Shown: piece after piece, positions 39,957 to 50,825 of the stretch
Layout of the letters: the number at the start of each line of letters is the position of its first letter
Numbering within the stretch: position 1 is the first letter of the stretch
NCBI RefSeq assembly: GCF_902459465.1
Contig: NC_047070.1
Location: 19,468,001-19,532,000, forward strand
Direction of reading: 5' to 3'
Length of the DNA: 64,000 bases
From: Asterias rubens
Lineage: Eukaryota
Program-made: the position numbers and the translations under genes
The notes under the pieces: model-generated
Told to the model about the DNA's origin: nothing
Seen by the model: only the letters and a program-made list of their open reading frames with translations
Database searches by the model: none

Positions 39957-40362
39957 TTAAAGGGTCTATGTACTTTTCCCTTACACAAAACACATGTCCA
40001 CAGATTTACATTAAACTTACACAGTTTGAAGATTATGATAGTAGAAAGATTCCCTTGAAATTTTACTTACTGAGGTGCTGTAGTTTTTGAGAAATGAGTA
40101 AAACAAATAATGTTCGTCTCAGTTTTAGCATGTGAAAAAGTATTAGCCAGTTATGCTATGGTTATGGTATAATATCATAACTGGTTAATGGGGTTGTACA
40201 TGCTAACATAATTATTTTGTGACTTGTTTTACTCATTTCTCAAAAACTACAGAACCTCAGTTAGTAATGTTTGAAGGGAAGCTTTCCACTATCATTATCT
40301 TCAAACCCTGTAAGTTTAATGTAAATCTGTGGACATTTTGAAAAAGTACCCGAATCCTTTGA
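39957..40362. mobile_element. TTAA-type MITE family C with about 150-bp imperfect inverted arms
   Basis: TTAAAGGGTC...; GTCCACAGATTTACATTAAACTTACA / TGTAAGTTTAATGTAAATCTGTGGAC. Confidence 0.82.
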
Positions 40363-42062
40363 TACTACAGCTTCACCCTGTGACATAATTACAGTTAATT
40401 TTTTAGAGTAAAAAATAAACTTACAAGCTTATAAGCCGCTTTCAATATAGGGGGATGGCACTTGTATTATACAGCCTACAATCTCTTCCATAGTAGTTAC
40501 CCACACATTGGCAATGGTATCTGACGGGGTCACTCGATGGAATGGCTACGCAGTATCCATCATTATGGCAAACAACATCATCACAAGTTGTCAATTCTAT
40601 ATCAAAGATATCAAACAGAAAAACAATTCAAACCATTATGGCACTAATGGTTTGCGATCATCTCTAAATGAGTTGGGTGGTTCTGAAATGTATCGTTGGT
40701 TTCAACTCGAAGTTACGATCAGTGTGCTCTTTCGTCTTCATTATACTATGGTACTCATAATATACAATGATAAACGAACACGGTGTTGCATGAGATAACA
40801 GTGTATCAATCATAACATACAGTATGGCCTATACTTGTAAAAGGAGTTCAAGTTTGCTATAACAGTGTGATATTTTGTCGCCTTTGAATGAAATGAGGTA
40901 GGCCTATTATTATTTGCAGTTTAAAATACGAAATGTTCATCAGGATACTAGCCACCCCTTAAGATAGTTTTTAGGTTACATTGATTAACTGATCACCAGA
41001 ACACAATGAACTATTTTGTCTTGACAGTGTCTGTGTTACCGTAAGACATCCAATCTACTGCATTATGATATTAATAACTGTAAACGTACCTGCATTGATA
41101 AGATTTTGTTGCCAGTTGCTTAGCAGTCCCATACAAATAAGTACAAACACAGTGACAGCCATGGTAACTATTGAACGAAGTTGTAGCTTGAAAAGATAAT
41201 GAAAATAGGAGCACAGTTCGGCAGTCCGGAAAAAACTGTAAACTCAAACTACTTTCGAATTCGAGCACGTTCGACTGTCTGGTATTTTCTTGCTCTTTTA
41301 TAGCTTTGGATTACCAACGCAGTACTGGGGTTAAACACAGCCTGAACTCCAATTACAGCCCGGATTTCCGCAAAGTCCCAGCGTTTAGTGGAAATCCTTT
41401 TAAAGGAAACTTTATTTCGGGGGGCCCACCGTGATTGATCAAAATAAGTAAAAGGGAAAGTTGTAGAAGGCTGTATTTTTTTTTGAAACAATAGTTAATT
41501 GTATATACTTTGCACAATAATGAAAGTGTTTTTTTATTGACACATTGTAATGGTACATATATAAAACCATGGAGCAAATAAACTAGTTTATTGCTCCATG
41601 GTAAAACAGTGTTATTGTGAGATAGGGCCTACGTGAAAATAAGTTACAGCTTTAACCAACATGTGCCATAGTCAGAAGGTTAAACCTCCCGGGAGGGACC
41701 TGGAAAATACATCAATCAGAGAACCACAGAGAATCAAATAGTTTACCATAAGACAGGAACTATACAATACGAATGTACCAGCAGTATTATTTCCTTAGAG
41801 TTAAATGGGTTTTTCCCCAAATTAGAAACCCCAAAAACTAAATTTAGCCTCACACCTCATTGTTGTGATTAAATGAACAAACGACATCTTAAAGTAGGCC
41901 TCCTCGTGTTTAAAGTCCACTGATTGTAAGAATAGAAAGGGAGCTTTATCGGGACCTCAATTTATTAGACTAAAACGAAAATCTTGATTTGATTTTGTCA
42001 GCAAAGCATCAAGTCCATTTTGTCAATATCTATTGAGAAAGCTTTGTGTCTCTCAGCTCAAT

Positions 42063-42151
42063 TCAAACACAGATGTATCCAAGCTGTAAAGCTACACATG
42101 TCTTCCCATTACTGCAATAAACGCCATCACATGGACTCGCAGTAGTCACAT
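42063..42151 (-). CDS. Terminal exon, truncated EGF then TGA
   Basis: TTACTTTTACAG acceptor; DVTTASPCDGVYCSNGKTCVALQLGYICV-stop. Confidence 0.82.
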
Positions 42152-45100
42152 CTGTAAAAGTAAACCATCAAACAAAGTAGTTTTTTTTAATGAGTTGTCG
42201 CCATAAGTGCAACACATATCTCTTTTTAATTTGAAGTCTGATTAGGTTACTTGTTTATGACCCTCATCTCAAACATCCATTTCTTAACGCTGTGTCCACC
42301 TCGCAGAATGGTGTAGTATTTGCAAGTACTTATTTCGCAACTGTTGCCATCCACAATTCATTTTATCGAGACCTATTCTGTGCGTCCTCATGCATCAATG
42401 CGGCCATTTTGTTTTAAACCAGATGTTTTCTACCCGTGATCATATACTCATATCCATAAGCTTTTAGAAATGTTTAGGGTTTTTGTGTGGGTTTTTTTAG
42501 TTGAAATTTTGTGAATTTTAAACAGAATTGTGACTCGTGCTTTCTCTTCGTATTTGTCTAAAGCTTTTGGAGCAAACTATTTATATATTTCCATTTCCAC
42601 AGAACGAGGAAATGAATGTACATAAACAGCACTAAGCCATTATATTTACCTTGGCAGTTAATTCCAGTGAAACCAGTCACACATGTACACAGGTAGGAAT
42701 CTTGATACTCTTGACAGTATCCAAAATTCATACAAGGGTTGGGGTTGCATGGATCTTAAGAAACAAGAAAGCACCCGTTTGAATAACTAGGAATAGGTAG
42801 ACAAAACTTACTGTATGATGATGAAAAGTCTCAACTGTATGAATGTGAGTGTTGAACTGTCACACAGTAAATGTGCTTATGACACTTATATCAAACTCGT
42901 TTTCTATCAGGACCAGAGGTCGATTTCACAAAGAGTTAGGACTAGTCCTAACTTAGGACTAGTCCTAGGAGATATTAAAAACGTATGGCTAGTCCTAAGT
43001 TAGGACGAGTAACTCGTCCTAACTAGAGATAAGACTAGTCCTAACTCTTTGTGAAATCGACCCCAGGCCTTCTTGTTCTCCTGGGAGGAGACTGGCAGTG
43101 CATATTGTTCGCATCTGAATTATCGGAAGTTCACATACAATTTTCTTCGCATTTTTCACATTTTGTTCACAAAATGTCCAGTAAACCCAAACCTAATTGA
43201 TGCGAAAAAAATGTCCATAGTGTGCCACTAAAAGACAATTATTTCTGCCAATGACTGATGATGTATTTTCCCCATGTTTCCCATAGTTTTATTGTAAAAA
43301 TAATAAATTATATATTCTCACATTCTTTTATCAACGTTGAGGGCGACATTTAAACTAATTTCAGAGGTATAGAAAGGTTTGCGGTAACACCATGTATAGA
43401 CTATCTCTAATGAGTTGGGGTGGTTCTGAAAAGAACCGTTGGTTTCAACTCGACGTTTCGATCAGTATGCTCTGATCGTCTTCTGGAGAAAGCTGATCGA
43501 AACGTCGAGTTGAAACGAACGGTTCTTTTCAGAACCACCCCAACTCATTAGAGATAGTCATTGCATGGTGTTACCGCAAACCTTTCTACATGTATATCGT
43601 ATTTCCACCATGCAAAGTTACAAATCCTACTTAATTTCAGAGGTCCTAAAATTTCCCTCAGATTCTGTCCCCAATGCCCAATGGGCTGGAGGACTCGTTG
43701 GGGATTCAAAAGAGGGCGCTATCATCAGAAGTTTGTACTCAGTTCGCCGTAGTGGGGTGTGGGGGACAGAATCTCCTGCCACACCAGCTTGGGCAAAACA
43801 TGATTACTCTTTATTTTGTCCATACTTGAAAACAAGATGTATGATATCTAACGTTTGAAATAATGATCTCAATAGCAAAGTCAGTCAAACTTTGGACAAA
43901 ATTTCACAAACAGAAATTGATGCTCGAACTATATAGCAACAGTTGGCATTGATCGCCCACCACTAAACGATATGTACTAGCTTGACGTAATCATGGTCAA
44001 TATTTTCTTTTCAAGTGTAAATCACATGGTTATTGTTTTTGAGCATGTGGACTATTTTTTTTTCATTGTGTTCAAATCACTTAATTAAATGGACTATAGT
44101 GGGTCAGTGTTTTTGTTTCTTTTCCTTTCTAATAGAAAAGGAACTGAATTCTAAATCGCGGTGATAGGTGGAATTTGAAAGTGGTACGAATTACAGCACT
44201 GGGAAACGTTGTCCTTACCTCTAAACTGGAAACTCTCCACCATGAATTGACAGCGATTTCCTTTGTATCCATCATAGCATCTGCAGTAGGGTGTTCCACG
44301 GAACTCATAACAGTAACCATTAACACAGCTTTCCTCCGGTACACTATCAACACAGAAACAACTGCCACAACCTGGCACGGAGTAACAGTCGGTCAAAAAT
44401 AACAAACCTTCACATTCACAGATCTTTATTCTATTGAGTAACTCAGATTATGTGATATCAACCCATTATTTTACTAGTGCTTTATATACATGCATTTGTC
44501 ACTACAAAATTAGGGAGCTTTGCCCCATGCAAGAACTGCAGCCTGCATTATAACTTATATACATTCGCACTGTTAAGCGTTAAGAATTGGGCCTCCACAA
44601 AAAGCCTCATACAACAATAAGAACATTATCTCAATTTTGGGTGCGTTCGATTAGCTTCTCCGGGTGGACCCCGGTCTGCCCCCGGTATATTCGTATAGCT
44701 TTCCCCAAGTGCCCTGCTTATGGAGTGGGTCACTTGGGGGCTGGCCCCAGGAGCATAGACGTCACCACGAGGAGGTGAGTGTGATCGTTCGATTAGCTCT
44801 TGTCAGGGGCTCACCCCTGGTACATTCGAATAGCTTTGACGTCATTCCAGGGGCTCACCTGGGTCATCCCCAAGTGCCCTGCTTGTGGTACGGGTCACTT
44901 GGGGCTGGCCCGAGGTGCATCGTCACCATGAGAGGGCGTGTGATCGTTCGATTAGCTCTTGTCAGGGGCCCAACCGAATAAGCACCGCAGGGTCGACCCG
45001 GGGGAGGTAATCGAATGCGCCCAATGAAGGATAGTTTACCCATAGTTTACCCCTCACAGTCAGAAGCCAAGTATTACATATACATGTATACATATATACA

Positions 45101-48100
45101 TATACATGTATACATTCATAGCCAACAATTGTTTCTGAAATAGAAACTTTAATTGGCTATTATTTTCACGCTTTTTTCTAGATCTTTCCCTTATTCCCTT
45201 TCCCCTCTCCTTTTCTATAAATGGATATGTATTTGTTTGTACTTGTTTTATGCCTCTGAAGAAGGTCCAGCTGGGATCGAAAGCTAAGGCCATCTACCCT
45301 ACTCATTAAATAACATGTGTATTGTATAATCGTTTTTACCTCTACTAAATTGAGTGAGTACTGGAAATGCCTTCCACAATATAAGACATATAACGAGCTT
45401 CAGTCTGTTGTTTCTATCACTCTTCTGCATAAAGAAACGCAATGGCAGATGTTTATTTCATAAATAAAAAGTGTTGCTACGGTTGTAGAATCCGGTTGTC
45501 ACCTAATTAAACTGCAACTAAAATGTCATAAATTGATCTGGGGTGGATTTCACAAACAGTTAGGACTAGTATTATCCCGAGTTAGGATGAGTTACTCGTC
45601 CTAACTTAGGACTAGCCATATGTTTTCTCCAAGGACTAGTGAAATCGACACTGGATCTTTGGTTCGACTTTCACAATTGTTACAAATTGCCCCTTAACTG
45701 CGGGAAATTAATCTGGACTTGTCGCGGATAATTGTCATAAATTAATAAGCAATTGGCTTTTAAATTATACCTTCTACTCAATCTACACACGAGAGGTCGA
45801 AAGGTTTTTTTTTCGAAACCAGCTTTAAACACAGTACTTGTGTGCGCATTTTCAACCTTTTCCGCATATTATTGTTTTGTTCTATTCTGTAATGATACTT
45901 TATTTCGTTGACATAATGTTATTGGGTTAGCAGTTCAACGTTTTCCCTTTCATTCAGACACAGATACATGTACCAGGAATTACCAGGAATGTGATTGCCC
46001 GGAATGTGTCCTCGTTTCTTCCTTTCCGTACCAGTTCATATGATCCAGTGCTAATCCATAGGAAGTAACAACAAATAAGATACAAATAGACCTATTCTAC
46101 AGATAAACAACAATCTTTGATGTTGCCATTTACATCACCCCCCCCCCCCCCCCACAAATCCGTTCAGTAGAAACTGTTTTGAATGGGCTGTTGTTTGATT
46201 GCCCGTGAGGATGAATGATTTTTGACTTGATTGGTAAGTCGAGTAAAACTTGACCATTAACATGATATTGACAGCTTGATAAGCGAACTGATGAGTGAGA
46301 AATGTTTGAAATTGGACACCTAATAAGAAACAATACTTACCATTTTGACGACATAAAAACCGTTCGTCGTCTAAATTGAAACTGTGTTAAAAGGAGACGA
46401 CTTTGGTTTAGTCCTCTGAAAACAACTGAACAACTGAAAGCTATAAGCACACTTTGCTCGGTCGGGGAGGGTTACCAGCCTAACTATTCGAAGTCCATCG
46501 TGTGACTGGTTCCCTGCAAATTATAGTTGTTTACAATTAAAAAATAACAAAGCAATAACTTGCTGCTGAATATGTTTTGTGAAATTATCTCCGACTTGTC
46601 TGTCTAAATAACTCATTAATAGCCATTCACACGTACACACAATTATTAGGGCCATGGATGGACTCAATCTGAAAACATATGTAACCTCTCAACGTTGGGG
46701 CCAGATGGTATCATTGGGTTTCAATGAGTGTCTTTATGCTGCCTGATGGTTAAGCCTTGAAACCACTTGATGTAAGAGTGTTGAATAAATCAAACTATTT
46801 TTACATGCAATAATATTTATGTTAATTTGTGTATGAATATTACTAAAAAAACTTATTTAGAGATTCTGTTTTTGTTTTGTGTTACTAATGAGAAAGCTAC
46901 ATTGACCATTCCTGGTCAAAATGTTGATCTTCTGAAATCTCTTAAAGGCATATAGAGGTAGAAAAAATTAAAACAAAACAGCTCAAACACTAACACAAAG
47001 TCTTTATGTTATGGCAAGTTTATACAAGCGGTAGTACAATGTTTTTGAAACACTAAAATTGTTAAACTGTTAAATTTTTCCATTCGAGGATGGATCTTGC
47101 ATAGCATTGTAATTTTAACATGAATCGGTTTTTTTCATGACATGTTCTGTTGTAGACCATGGAGGTAGAATTAGACTAAGCACATACAAACCATCGCGCC
47201 CTCTACGACGGTTTCATTATACAAACCAACAGATGTGTCCTGGAGGGCGCCCGTTTAATGTTGTTCAATCCCATCTTAAGGTCGTTCCATAAGCACATTT
47301 TGTCTGATAGCGTCCTCTTTTGAATCAATTTTCACTTAATAGCACGTGTTGTACTGTATAGCGGCCACCACATGTGTACTGGTACTACTTGCGTTCAGGC
47401 CGCGGGACCCCCCCCCCCCTTCAATTGATGTCCCCTTGTAATTGAGAAACACGAACAGTGTACAATGTAAAAAATAGCCTATACATTATGCAATTTTTAT
47501 TGTTTCCTCTTAGAAGGAGAAATCAGTTATAAATTGGGTTGAGCCAACTTGTCAGGGACCGCTTAGAACGCAAGGGCATATACAGAAATGGAAGAAAAAC
47601 TCATCAAAATGTGATCAACAAATTTATTACCTTTCAAAACTTCAGTATATCGTGCTCAAACTCACAATAAAAACCTTATTTCAAGAGCATACCATATTAA
47701 ATCAAATCAATTTCGATAAGGGAATTTCCTAAATAACGGAATGATGAATGTGTATATTTTTTAGACGTTGTCAAGAAACAAAATAGTTCACCGAGATCTT
47801 TAAGGCGGTGGACACTATTACTTAAAATAATGTATTAGCAAAGAACCTTTTTAGGGTAACGAGTGATGAGGAGAGGTAGTTGTAGTATAAAACTTTGAGA
47901 ACTGCGAGAAACGGTTCCCTCTGAAGTTATGTAGTATTCGTGAAAGAAGTTATTTCCCACGAATTTGATTTCGAGACCTCAGATTTAGAAATGGAGGTCT
48001 CAAGATCAAGCCTCTGCACGCACCATACGTGGGTCTCTAACGCATCAATAATAAGATAAAATACTGATCATAAAAAACATATTAGCTTAAAAAAAAAAGT

Positions 48101-50420
48101 GCAATTAAAAACGTAAATTCACCATGTTTGTGCATTATAACTCAAGATTATTTGAAAGAGCTTGAAGAAAATAAAAACTTTAAAAAACACATCTAGGGAC
48201 TATGCTAATGTGGGTACTATTTTCTATCAGGTGTAAAAAAGCCTTGAGTCATGTTACTACCAAAGATACCTCAAAATAAACAATATAATTCTTAGTATAT
48301 ACATATTTTGTACAATTTTTACAAATGTTATTTACATACACCAGTAAACAAGTGTGTTTGTTCTTTTTTGTTTGAGAACTTTTAAAACCTATGGACGCTA
48401 GTTAAAAAAAAAAGTTTTAAAAACATCAATGTTGAGTCAAAAAGTTTTGCAACTTGGTCAAGTGTAATATACCATTGCAGGCCTGGGATTTCATAAAAAA
48501 GAGGGGGCAATGCCATTTGTCCATTTCGCAATGGAGGCACCAAGGCCAAGACCAGGGCAACAGAGGCCATGGCCTCCAAGAAATTGGCGTTCTGGATTCA
48601 TGCGGCCTGCCCTTCATAACCAACAATTCATTTAAAAAACATACATGTTACATACCCAATAACAACATTGTGGGTCAGTGTTTCTTTTTTTCTAAAGACA
48701 AATTTGGGTCATTGCGATCGACTCGATGATAAAGCTCAGTAAGATATAACATAACCAGTGAAGCAAAACGTGCAGTTATTTCATACTAATTATTGTTACA
48801 TTCTTGATCATCTCGGCCCAGAATCTGTACGGCAACTTGGCTCATTAAGAGCATTTTATTAGTTTTATTGAGTTCTTAAAAGAGATTTCCTATGAGAGAA
48901 GCTTTGAGACAACGGATGCAGCCAGTAGAAGAACAATGCTAACTTGTAGTGCACAACCTGTGTAAGACAAAGAAAAAGAAGAAGAGAACAATAAGTCAAA
49001 ATGTATAAAAGGGCTCCTCACGAAGACTTACAATGTACATAATCGGAAAGACAATGCGTTATGTCCGTCTAGTTGTCAGTTGAGATCGTGTTTAGGATTT
49101 GAAGCTTTGCATGGTTTACCACGTAGGTATCTCGAGGAAAGTGTTCCATGGTTCAGAAAAGAACTGTTGGTAAAAGACTCAAAGTTACGATCCGTATGCC
49201 CTCTATATAAGAATGAGCGGATAAGAGCACCGACTTCAAGCTCTGGTGATCATGTTCCCTGAGCAAGACACTTAACTATAATTGCTTCTCTCCACCCAGG
49301 TGTAAATGGGTGCCTGTGAGGGCAGATTAGCTTGGATTGCACTACATGTACATATTGATTATTAAAGTACACACCTGAGCAAGTTTTGATGCCAGCAAGA
49401 CCCTCCGCAACATCACCGAATCCAAGACATACGTAGTTGTTGGTACTAACTGAGTCAGTGAAGACAGCCGTGTCTACTTTGGAAACCTCGACACAAGTGT
49501 ACTGGTACGTCTCGCAGTCGTCGCTGGGGATGTTGATCATAGCAGATGCGGTACTAACAGTAATGGTAGAGCCAGCGGTGATACCAGCATCCAAGTTGTC
49601 GGAGTTGGATGTCTCGGCATCAAACATCAACGTGGAAGCATCTACATCAGATGGGTCGGCGTGGCTGCTGATCAGGAAGGAGAGAGCGAAGTTGTTACCG
49701 GAGGCAGAAGAAGCGATGTCAGTACCACCAGCATTACGGAGATCGATCGAGTAGGTGACGATGTTGTCTACTCCAATATCGAAGATCAGATCAGTTGGAG
49801 AGGTGACGGTCAAAGCATAAGCTTCAAGATCTGTGAAAGAAAATAAGCAAAAACAGCGTAAGACATTGTTGGAAAGCACAAAGAGCGCACACGTCTCAGC
49901 AGGCATACTAACTATTCAACTCAGCACTCTCGAGAAAAATTAGGATTTTGGCGCGCCACATAATGACTTCTGAGTGGTTGGTTGACCATGATTGACCAGT
50001 GTTACCAAGTTTTATTGCTCCATGGTGTTACAGACCCAAACAATCGAAGTTGACATAACCAAGATGCGGTGGCTGAAAAAAACCCGCAACATTTACTCAA
50101 GTTTGAAACTATTTATGAGTGCGTTAATACGTACCGCTTGCGGATGCTTCGGTGGTCAAGCCACTTGAGGCTGTAGTAGCAGCAGCAGTTGACCCATCAA
50201 TGACGGCTACGGTTGTCGAGTCACCAGATGCTGCAGTGGTCATCGCCGTGGAATCATCATCTAAGACGGTTACAATCTCAGTGACAATCTCGGTGGCCAT
50301 GTCACCAGCATCAAGTGTGGTGGATTCGGCCATCATAGAGTCTTCTGTTACTTCAGAATGGCAGATGGGGAAAGCCATCAAGGCAATGAGAGAGACGAGG
50401 ATCAAATGGAATGATGCCAT
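42063..50420 (-). CDS. Secreted acidic protein: signal peptide, Thr/Ser/Asp-rich stalk, about 150-aa Cys-containing beta domain, 2 EGF plus 1 truncated EGF, about 372 aa; exons 50135-50420, 49375-49830, 46341-46370, 44219-44371, 42650-42754, 42063-42151
   Basis: All introns are phase 1 with GT-AG ends. EGF motifs: CVDSVPEESCVNGYCYEFRGTPYCRCYDGYKGNRC, DPCNPNPCMNFGYCQEYQDSYLCTCVTGFTGINC and PCDGVYCSNGKTC...YICV-stop. Confidence 0.82.
42650..42754 (-). CDS. EGF exon 2, 105 nt, not in the ORF track
   Basis: TTTCTTGTTTCTTAAG acceptor, canonical DPC-x-PNPC-x-N-x-G-x-C EGF, G|GTAAAT donor. Confidence 0.92.
42917..43063. mobile_element. MITE family G (GGGTCGATTTCACAAAG ends, CAG TSD) full of AGGACTAGTCCT palindromes; relatives at 45541-45650 and 9207-9352
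   Basis: TIRs plus a 3-bp CWG duplication seen directly. Confidence 0.78.
43370..43588. repeat. Near-perfect about 220-bp inverted duplication (hairpin) of the Penelope-like terminus
   Basis: TAGAAAGGTTTGCGGTAACACCATG...CATGGTGTTACCGCAAACCTTTCTA arms. Confidence 0.9.
43449..43488 (-). ncRNA. Hammerhead-like motif (U4A change) inside an inverted duplication
   Basis: CUC-CAGAAGA-C-GAUCAG(AGCAUA)CUGAUC-GAAA-C-GUC^GAG. Confidence 0.55.
44219..44371 (-). CDS. EGF exon 1
   Basis: Six-Cys EGF pattern, donor G|GTAAGG. Confidence 0.85.
44639..45022. mobile_element. MITE family F with an internal tandem duplication
   Basis: Same TIRs; the CCCCAAGTGCCCTGCTT...GTGTGATCGTTCGATTAGCTCTTGTCAGGGGC block occurs twice. 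Confidence 0.78.
46341..46370 (-). CDS. Candidate 30-nt microexon (D-DERFLCRQN)
   Basis: TTCAATTTAG acceptor, GTAAGT donor, phase 1-1, supplies a Cys ahead of GCGSCFC. Confidence 0.55.
47800..48015 (+). mobile_element. Partial diverged MITE A
   Basis: Left half through the GAGACCTC hairpin. Confidence 0.8.
48477..48612. mobile_element. Possible short GC-rich MITE fragment (CAGGCCTG...GGCCTG)
   Basis: GC-rich island with short imperfect TIRs; no second copy in the window. Confidence 0.35.
49216..49330 (+). mobile_element. CORE-like SINE fragment
   Basis: CCCTGAGCAAGACACTTAAC...CTCCACCCAGGTGTAAATGGG resembles the MIR/CORE central domain. Confidence 0.6.
49375..49830 (-). CDS. EGF-protein exon with the unnamed about 150-aa domain (4 Cys)
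   Basis: 456 nt, phase 1-1, DLEAYAL...NAGG...NNF...C..Y.CV...NNYVC...KTCS. Confidence 0.9.
50135..50420 (-). CDS. EGF-protein first coding exon (signal peptide plus mucin-like stalk)
   Basis: CAG|ATG GCA; MASFHLILVSLIALMAFPICHS; donor G|GTACGT. Confidence 0.9.
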
Positions 50421-50589
50421 CTGAAAGAAAAGAGAGAGGAAAACAAACGGAATGAATAGTTGTTCTTCACACATACTATAAATTGATTGATTATCAGTTT
50501 GTTGGATATTGAATCACTTTGGATTATTGACTAAAGCCCCGAAGATGAACATCTTATTAAATATACAGCATATAAAAAAAACTGTTAAA

Positions 50590-50825
50590 AAAATATAAAT
50601 AAATAGTAAACTTGTGGCCGTACAACCATGTGTAAATCTCTTATGGTGAGTGTTGGCTCTGAAAGGTGCCGGTTGGACATATTATGTCTATTGAATAATG
50701 ACTGGACACAACATAAAAACGTGGCCGAACAACCATGTGTAAATCTCTTATGGTGAGTGTTGGCTCTGAAAGGTGCCGGTTGGATATATGTCTATTGAAT
50801 AATAACTGGACACAACATAAAAACA
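50590..50825 (-). repeat. Penelope-like terminal fragment lacking the hammerhead, tandemly duplicated (about 107-bp unit)
   Basis: ACAACCATGTGTAAATCTCTTATGGTGAGTGTTGGCTCTGAAAGGTGCCGGTTGG occurs twice and matches 26690-26745. Confidence 0.65.

Noticed and set aside
44219-44371. Second open frame across the EGF exon reading like a transmembrane end plus tail (VVAVVSVLIVYRRK...), with a possible 67-nt upstream exon at 45984-46050
   Set aside because: Val-rich shifted frames arise automatically from TGT-rich Cys exons. I found no stop-free splice path from the upstream phase-1 exons into this frame.
45060-45293. MALAFDPSWTFFRGIKQ ORF as an extra exon
   Set aside because: Weak splice signals, runs into low-complexity sequence, not needed for phase continuity.
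49437-50424. Plus-strand ORFs opposite the EGF gene exons, and minus-strand ORFs opposite 59263-60228
   Set aside because: Antisense shadows of real coding sequence.
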